DNA from: a virus
Taxonomy: Duplodnaviria > Heunggongvirae > Uroviricota > Caudoviricetes
Length of the DNA: 64,000 nucleotides
Strand: one strand, 5' to 3'
Virus record (IMG/VR): IMGVR_UViG_3300035659_000001
Position 1 is the stretch's first letter, and every line of letters begins with the position of its first letter. This document shows, piece after piece, positions 57,811 through 64,000 of the stretch. Position numbers and translations under genes: made by a program. The notes beneath the pieces were generated by a model. That model ran no database searches. It saw nothing but the letters and a program-made list of their open reading frames with translations, and was not told where the DNA came from.

Positions 57811-59448
57811 ATGTCATTTTATGTTAATTTTTCAATGGATTATAATCCTTCATTTCAAGCTGATGATCCGTCTCAACCCATGGGATGGTATGACTTCATA
57901 AATGCATCGGCTAATACATATTACTGTCGAGGTTCTAAAGATGATGCAGCTCAAATCCTTTATTTAGCTGATAAACATTTAAAACCATGGAGTTTGAGTG
58001 TATACGGACCGTGGAGATTTAATGTTCAAGCTTTAACGGGTACTACATCATCTTTGTCAAATAGCTGGTCATTATCAGGAGGCATTGTGTCTGCTAATAA
58101 TATAATTATTCAAGGAGCAGGTGCAGTAAGAACTTATAATTTTTATAATGTACATTTTATATTGTCAAACGCTTTAACTATTAGTAGTATATTTGGTAAT
58201 GCTGTCAATATTTATTTAAAAGGTTCAATTTTAAGATGTGACACAATTAATGTTGATGGATCCACATCAACATCTATTCTTGATGGTCTAAATTTTAGAG
58301 ATAGCATTGTCATTGTTAATTCTAATACTAATAAAGGAAATGAATTTACAAATTCTGTGTTTAATAGACCATTGTCAGCATGGAATAATGCTTCTTTTAT
58401 AACTGTTTGTCAATTTAATTTTATACCACCGTCTTGGCCAATGTGGAACGCTATAAAAGATGCATGGAAATATTCAGATCTTGGTATGAATATTTCAATA
58501 ACTGCTACTGGTGACTTTGCAGGATATGAACAAGGATTATTCGGAAATCTTAGATCTACAATAGCTGGTATTGGAGCATTTTTCATTGATGTTGACAATT
58601 ATAGATTATTATTAGTGCAAAAAGTTAATAGACATGTAGTTAAACGACTAGACTCAAATATAGCGCCTGCAATTTTTGATGGTCAATATTATGGAATCTA
58701 TAAAGAATCTGGTAGATTGAAATATCCTCAAGGTGTTGCCACTGATGGTACAAAGATATTTCTTTGTGATTATAAAAATAATCAAATTATTTGTTTTGAT
58801 AAAGAATTAAATTACGTTTATAATTATTCAATGTCTGTCAGTGATGGTCGACCATATTTAGTTTGCTATTATCAAGGTAGCTTATACGTTTTAAGAGTGA
58901 TTGCTAATTTTTGGAATATGAAACTTGAAAAATTGCAAATTTTTGATGATAGACTTGAAAGCAAAAAGTTAAGCGGTTTATTAGGAAAAATGAAAAATGG
59001 GTTAATGCCCACAGGATTATGCAAGGGTTTTTCTAGTTCTGAATTTTATGTGTCAGGCATTGGTGATGACATATTTAAAACAATTGAAACTATTAATGCA
59101 TTTACTTCACTTTCACAACAGTATATTACAGGAACTATACCTGTAAGATACGTTGGTATTGTCAAACATTCAAATGGATATATTTATTTAAATAATGGTC
59201 AACAAATTGTAAAAATTGATACACATTTTGAAAACATTGGTGATTCAAATTTCATATCTAAAACTATAACTGGATTAAAAGAAGTTGAAAAACAGACTTT
59301 GATAACATATAATGCTGACAGCCAGTCAGTACTAAGATATAGTGCAGACATGAACTTTATTGAACAAGTGTTTAAGGGCTTGGCTGATGATATTGCTAAT
59401 GATGCGTATGATGTAGTTGATTTCGTTGAAATAAATCTTGCAGTATAA
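57811..59448 (+). CDS. Beta-helix-like + NHL propeller structural protein
   Basis: C-terminal half paralogous to the 46400 family (LKYPQGVATD..IFLCDYKNNQI). Confidence 0.7.
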   Translation: MSFYVNFSMDYNPSFQADDPSQPMGWYDFINASANTYYCRGSKDDAAQILYLADKHLKPWSLSVYGPWRFNVQALTGTTSSLSNSWSLSGGIVSANNIIIQGAGAVRTYNFYNVHFILSNALTISSIFGNAVNIYLKGSILRCDTINVDGSTSTSILDGLNFRDSIVIVNSNTNKGNEFTNSVFNRPLSAWNNASFITVCQFNFIPPSWPMWNAIKDAWKYSDLGMNISITATGDFAGYEQGLFGNLRSTIAGIGAFFIDVDNYRLLLVQKVNRHVVKRLDSNIAPAIFDGQYYGIYKESGRLKYPQGVATDGTKIFLCDYKNNQIICFDKELNYVYNYSMSVSDGRPYLVCYYQGSLYVLRVIANFWNMKLEKLQIFDDRLESKKLSGLLGKMKNGLMPTGLCKGFSSSEFYVSGIGDDIFKTIETINAFTSLSQQYITGTIPVRYVGIVKHSNGYIYLNNGQQIVKIDTHFENIGDSNFISKTITGLKEVEKQTLITYNADSQSVLRYSADMNFIEQVFKGLADDIANDAYDVVDFVEINLAV

Positions 59449-59451
59449 TTG

Positions 59452-59488
59452 AAAATGCTGTAGTTTGCTAAAATACAGCTATTTTTTT
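59452..59488 (+). terminator. Rho-independent terminator
   Basis: GCTGTA/TACAGC stem then T-run. Confidence 0.55.
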
Positions 59489-59552
59489 GTGAAAATGATG
59501 AAATAAAGAGTAAACAATAAATAAATACTTTACTTTTTAAAAGGGATAAAAT

Positions 59553-60089
59553 ATGTTTTTAATAGTTGAGGGCGTTCATAATACTGGTAAATCTACGTTA
59601 GTTAAATCATTGTCAAACTTTAATGAGTTTTCATGTAGAAGAATGTTTACAGAGTTGTTAAATTCAAGAAATAATCAAGTTAGTGATTTTGCTTTAGGTA
59701 CTAATATGACAATTGTTTGGTTTGCAGATTTATGTTCTGACAGTTTAGATATTATTTTTGACAGATGTCATGTGTCTGAGTATGCTTATAGTCTAGCGAT
59801 TAGAAATGTTGATGACAAAATTGCAAGAAATGCTTTTTTAACAGTAGACGCAAAATTAGCGCAATGTGATACCAAAATGGTATATCTAACATGTAGTTAT
59901 GATACTATTGTTGCTCGATTAAAAGACAAAAATAAAGTATATAGTGAAGAAGATTATCATAAGTTAAATCATTATTTTGATATTGCAATATCAGAGACTT
60001 TGATACCTAAAATTATAATTAATACTGATATATTAAAAGAGCAAGATGTATTAGAAGCAGTTGAACAATTTATTTATTATGAGCAGTGA
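59553..60089 (+). CDS. Thymidylate/dNMP kinase-like protein
   Basis: IVEGVHNTGKST P-loop, IFDRCHVSE..Y. Confidence 0.8.
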   Translation: MFLIVEGVHNTGKSTLVKSLSNFNEFSCRRMFTELLNSRNNQVSDFALGTNMTIVWFADLCSDSLDIIFDRCHVSEYAYSLAIRNVDDKIARNAFLTVDAKLAQCDTKMVYLTCSYDTIVARLKDKNKVYSEEDYHKLNHYFDIAISETLIPKIIINTDILKEQDVLEAVEQFIYYEQ

Positions 60090-61161
60090 GGTAATAATGA
60101 GTTTGAGTGCTGAACAAAAATTGAGGAATTTTGCATATAAAATAAAGACTAGAGATTGCGCGTCTTTAATGACATTGCAAATTGATCTTACAGATTTTTG
60201 TGTTTGTAAATGTCAAGGATGTGAGCATTGGAAATGGCCAGTTAAAACAAAGTTAAACTATGATATTCTTGAAAACAATGTATTTCCTTATTTAAAAAAC
60301 TTTGACACTTTACAATCTATAGTATTTTCTGGTGGTGAGCCGTTATTGCATCCTGAAGTTGAAACTATTATTGAAAGAATAAGACGAGATTTTAATCTAG
60401 ATATAGGTATAATAACATCTGGGTTAGGCAAAGTTAATCTAAATTGGAAACTATTATCACAAAATTGTAATTGGATCAGATTTTCTTCTGATGGTTTTAC
60501 AAAGAAAAATTATTATGCTACAAGGGGCGTAGATTTGTTTGATAAATGGTCAGATAATCTAAAAACCTTATTGCTAGAGAATAAAAATACTAATTGTAAA
60601 ACAAGAATCAATGTGACTATACATGATTATAATATAAATACATTTGCAGACGGTCTATTTGATGCTTTGTATAATTTAAACGTTGAAATTCATTTTTGGT
60701 TATCTAGAGAGTTGATTGATAAAATTAGAAAACATGTCGTAGATAAAGAAGAAGAAATAATAAGCACAAAACTCATTGAAATTGAAAGATCAGGATTAAG
60801 TATTAATATTGACAATGTTATTAGACATGTTAATCACACACACAATGATTTTAAATATACTTCATGTTTTATTCCAAAGATTTTCGGTTTAATAGCAGCT
60901 GACGGAAATGTATTTCCTTGTTGTTATACATACGAGCCTGTTTTTACTATAGACAAACAACAAACAGCTTTCGTTATAGGAAACATAAATGAGCAAAGTT
61001 TAAAAGAGATATATGAAAGTAAGAGGTTTTTTGATATATCTAGCAAATTTTTAAGTTGTAACAAGAAATATTCACAATGTAAATATTGTGATAGATTTGA
61101 TCATATCAATAAGTATTTGAATGATTATAATATTAACTTTCATGAATCAATTTTTATTTAA
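60079..61161 (+). CDS. Radical SAM / SPASM-domain protein
   Basis: CVCKCQGC, SGGEPLLHP, DGNVFPCC, IGNI, CKYC. Confidence 0.9.
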   Translation: MSSEVIMSLSAEQKLRNFAYKIKTRDCASLMTLQIDLTDFCVCKCQGCEHWKWPVKTKLNYDILENNVFPYLKNFDTLQSIVFSGGEPLLHPEVETIIERIRRDFNLDIGIITSGLGKVNLNWKLLSQNCNWIRFSSDGFTKKNYYATRGVDLFDKWSDNLKTLLLENKNTNCKTRINVTIHDYNINTFADGLFDALYNLNVEIHFWLSRELIDKIRKHVVDKEEEIISTKLIEIERSGLSINIDNVIRHVNHTHNDFKYTSCFIPKIFGLIAADGNVFPCCYTYEPVFTIDKQQTAFVIGNINEQSLKEIYESKRFFDISSKFLSCNKKYSQCKYCDRFDHINKYLNDYNINFHESIFI

Positions 61162-61198
61162 AAAATAATTAATTTTTTAATTTAACAGGTTCGTACAT

Positions 61199-61435
61199 GT
61201 CGACTGCTAATTTTTAGTTTAAATGGTGACATTTAATGAAAAAGTCGATTAGAGAGCATGAAAATGCAGCAGTTACAATTAAAGTTAAACAACATACCTA
61301 CAAATGCTTCACTAGTTTGTAGCTCTATAAGTTTTGATTTAAACAAAGATGTAAGTCTTAGTGATCAAGACAAAGTACTGGATTGTAACAATCTCGAAGT
61401 GAATCAACGCTTACATACAAGCGGTCTTAAAGACA
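61199..61435 (+). ncRNA. omegaRNA (HEARO-like) upstream of IscB
   Basis: GTCGACTGC..AGTCGATTAG opening, CTACAAATGCTTCACTAGTTTGTAG hairpin, CAATCTCGAAGTGAA pseudoknot partner; directly upstream of PLMP. Confidence 0.7.
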
Positions 61436-62544
61436 TTGTGTATGTATTAAATGTAAATGCGCAACCATTAATGCCGTGTAGTTGTGCAAAAGCTAGAAAA
61501 TTATTAAAAAAAAGGAGAGCTAATGTCGTTAAAAATTATCCTTTTACAATTAGATTAACTTTTAATTGTGAAAATGTGGTTCAAGATGTCATGTTAGGCA
61601 TAGATAGTGGATTTAAGTATATTGGTTATTCAGCAATTACTAAAACAAAAGAATTAATTTCTGGAACATTGACATTAGATTGTCAAACGATTAGTAGATT
61701 AGCAAATCGCAGAATGTATCGAAGAAATAGAAGAGATAGATTGTGGTATAGAAAGTCTAGATTTAATAATAGAAAATCTAGTAAAAAAGGTTGGTTGTCG
61801 CCGTCAATTAAAAGAAAGTATAATACTCATGTTAATTTGATTAATAAATTAAAAAAACTCTTACCTATTAAAGAAGTTATTATAGAAGTTGCAAAATTTA
61901 ACAGTAATATTAAGTCGTCAAAATTAATTGATAATAGTAAATGTCAATTGTGCCATAAAAATTTTAGTAATACTAATCACGTTAATGAACATCACATTAT
62001 TACTAGACTGTATGGAACTAATAGAAAAGCTAATATAGCTTATGTACATGAATCTTGTCACAAAAAAATTCATAAAAACAAAATGTTAGATATGTTCGAG
62101 AAAGATAAAATTTATAGACAGTCTGCTTTTATGAACATTATTAGTAAAAGATTTTTAGAAGATGGTTATAAGACTATTTTTGGATTTGACACTTTTAATA
62201 AAAGACAAGTTTATAATTTAGAAAAGACTCATACTGATGATGCCTTTATTATAGCAGGAGGAGATAATCAAGAAAGAGCAATTAATAAAAATGTAGTTCA
62301 AAAACATAGAAATAATAGAATATTACAGTTAAATAGAAAAGGTTTTAAACGTTCAATACGACGTCAAAGGTTCAAAATACAACCCAAAGATTTGATATGG
62401 ATAAACAACAAGAAATATATTTCAAAAGGGTGCTTTGGAAAACGCAAACGGGTGACATATAATGATGAAAATGGTAAAAGTTGTCAACAATACATAGATA
62501 GAATTGACAAATATTATAATTTTGGAAGTTTAATTTTTCTATGA
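61258..62544 (+). CDS. iscB: IscB RNA-guided nuclease (core starts near 61438)
   Basis: PLMP, GIDSG RuvC-I, Arg-rich bridge helix, IEVAKF, CQLC..HHI..N HNH, HTDDA RuvC-III. Confidence 0.9.
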   Translation: MKMQQLQLKLNNIPTNASLVCSSISFDLNKDVSLSDQDKVLDCNNLEVNQRLHTSGLKDIVYVLNVNAQPLMPCSCAKARKLLKKRRANVVKNYPFTIRLTFNCENVVQDVMLGIDSGFKYIGYSAITKTKELISGTLTLDCQTISRLANRRMYRRNRRDRLWYRKSRFNNRKSSKKGWLSPSIKRKYNTHVNLINKLKKLLPIKEVIIEVAKFNSNIKSSKLIDNSKCQLCHKNFSNTNHVNEHHIITRLYGTNRKANIAYVHESCHKKIHKNKMLDMFEKDKIYRQSAFMNIISKRFLEDGYKTIFGFDTFNKRQVYNLEKTHTDDAFIIAGGDNQERAINKNVVQKHRNNRILQLNRKGFKRSIRRQRFKIQPKDLIWINNKKYISKGCFGKRKRVTYNDENGKSCQQYIDRIDKYYNFGSLIFL

Positions 62545-63152
62545 AGTATTCATTATTACAAAGAAAAATTCATGAATTAGAAAGTCAAATTTTTAATTGT
62601 AATAAGTGTCAAGAATTGTATAACTTAAGAATTAAAAAGATTCACAATTGTCCAGTATTAGGATTTGATTTCAATCATTATGTTAATGCTAAAGTGTGCT
62701 CTGTTTGTGAAGCGCCAGGCGTTTATAAACCACATAAAGGCGAAGTTTATATTGACAAATTAGATGATTTTCACAAGATGTACGACAATAGAATTCAATA
62801 TGTTGCTTTAATTGGACAAAGATTGTTTGAAATTTTTAAAGGAGTCAATTTACATTGGTGTGATGTACAGCATTTTAATGTAGTTTGTTGTAGTCCGCCA
62901 GATTATAGAAAACCAACTTTTGATGAAACAGACAATTGCAAAGAATATTTACTTCAACGAATAAAGTTATTGCAAAAGGTAAAAGTAATTATAGCTTTTG
63001 GGACTGTGGCAAAAAATGTGATAAAACGTTTTAACTTAGACATTCCAATTATATTTTCATATCATCCAAGTTATATATTTACATATATGAACGACTCATC
63101 AAGAATGCATTATATTGGTGAAATGATTAAACAAATTAAAAAATATGAATGA
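62541..63152 (+). CDS. Uracil-DNA glycosylase family 4-like protein
   Basis: CNKC..L, EAPG, NVVCCSPP..RKP..E..C, FG..A, YHPS. Confidence 0.85.
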   Translation: MKYSLLQRKIHELESQIFNCNKCQELYNLRIKKIHNCPVLGFDFNHYVNAKVCSVCEAPGVYKPHKGEVYIDKLDDFHKMYDNRIQYVALIGQRLFEIFKGVNLHWCDVQHFNVVCCSPPDYRKPTFDETDNCKEYLLQRIKLLQKVKVIIAFGTVAKNVIKRFNLDIPIIFSYHPSYIFTYMNDSSRMHYIGEMIKQIKKYE

Positions 63153-63366
63153 AAACATAATTCAATTAATTAGTGGCATAGCTATAATTGTAGATGATGT
63201 AGAATTTAAACGCGCTATATGTAGATATAAAAGTTTTTTTAATTTTAGCAATTTTTTAGTTATAAAAGATACAAGAGATCATATTTTTTTTATAAGAAAA
63301 GAAAACATTTTATTGTTTGAGAATTGTAATGGCCAAAAAATCAAAAAACAAGCAACCATACTATAG
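63145..63366 (+). CDS. Hypothetical protein
   Basis: Overlapping ORF in operon. Confidence 0.45.
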   Translation: MNENIIQLISGIAIIVDDVEFKRAICRYKSFFNFSNFLVIKDTRDHIFFIRKENILLFENCNGQKIKKQATIL

Positions 63367-63727
63367 AGAGAAAATATTAGCTCAGTTTGATGAAGTTAAT
63401 GTTCAATTAAAGACAAAGTTTGCTGTAAAAAACATTAACTATATTACAGACAACGGTGTTATTCGTTATGGCTGGGCTATTACTAATGAATTAGCAATTG
63501 ATGAAGCAATTCATTTATTACAAGTGCAAGAGGCACCGATTTATATATTAGGACCCTATGCAGGCGCAGTTATAAAATGGAATGTGATTAAGGTTAATTT
63601 GATTGGTTATTTGTATAAAGAAGGTAAACAGATTGATGAATTTAGAACTGACAAATTTGAAGAAGTTAAGTCAAAAATAAATGAATGGTATAAAGTCGTA
63701 GTCAAAGGAGAGAAACATGATTTATGA
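63329..63727 (+). CDS. Hypothetical protein
   Basis: 132-aa ORF in operon. Confidence 0.55.
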   Translation: MAKKSKNKQPYYREKILAQFDEVNVQLKTKFAVKNINYITDNGVIRYGWAITNELAIDEAIHLLQVQEAPIYILGPYAGAVIKWNVIKVNLIGYLYKEGKQIDEFRTDKFEEVKSKINEWYKVVVKGEKHDL

Positions 63728-63977
63728 ATATGAGTGTAATAATTGTAGCAATATACAAGATGAAGTGCACGGAATGGAAGAAAATCCCATTATTAAGTGT
63801 CAAGATTGCGGTGAAGCAATGACAAGAATTATTAGTGGCGGATCAGGAGTAATATTTAAAGGCGGAGATTGGCCAACCGCTGATGCAAAAATGAAAAAGT
63901 CTATGGAGCAAAAAAATGTCAAACAGAAACGCAGAACAGAGCATGTCAAACCTATTCAAAGATTATCTGACTTATAA
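63717..63977 (+). CDS. FmdB-family zinc ribbon protein
   Basis: MIYEYECNNC..CQDCG..RIIS..IFKG.GW. Confidence 0.85.
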   Translation: MIYEYECNNCSNIQDEVHGMEENPIIKCQDCGEAMTRIISGGSGVIFKGGDWPTADAKMKKSMEQKNVKQKRRTEHVKPIQRLSDL

Positions 63978-64000
63978 TGACAATTTTAATTATTATTACG

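Noticed and set aside
1-64000. Stop-codon reassignment (TAG or TGA)
   Set aside because: Conserved genes are full length in code 11 and genes end in TAG and TGA

Overview
AT-rich, mostly plus-strand segment of what looks like a jumbo bacteriophage genome (standard code; TAA, TGA and TAG all used as stops). Left to right: nucleotide metabolism and repair genes (dUTPase, SbcD/Mre11-like nuclease, nucleotidyltransferase, dCTP deaminase); six paralogous ORFs sharing an N-terminal MKHLATIQxEFLKxA-xxW leader; a truncated tmRNA abutting a minus-strand block (two secreted proteins, homospermidine synthase, TnpB); a tRNA region (18.6-31.3 kb) with 14 recognisable tRNAs, several structurally odd tRNA-like RNAs and many free-standing homing-endonuclease genes; a candidate replication origin (29.4-30.2 kb); a PncB-NadE-PncA NAD+ salvage cluster joined to a vWA/PP2C/kinase triad; a Zn-ribbon/vWA module; an intein-containing small protein; Ig/NHL-propeller/FN3/LamG structural genes; and a dNMP kinase, radical SAM, IscB (with omegaRNA) and UDG. 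The most striking candidate system is two leader-peptide/antiterminator/terminator attenuators (27595-27770 and 30966-31110) whose leader codons match the anticodons of the phage tRNAs downstream, suggesting tRNA supply switched on by ribosome stalling. Several genes are cut at sharp junctions. All calls are by eye; no searches were run.
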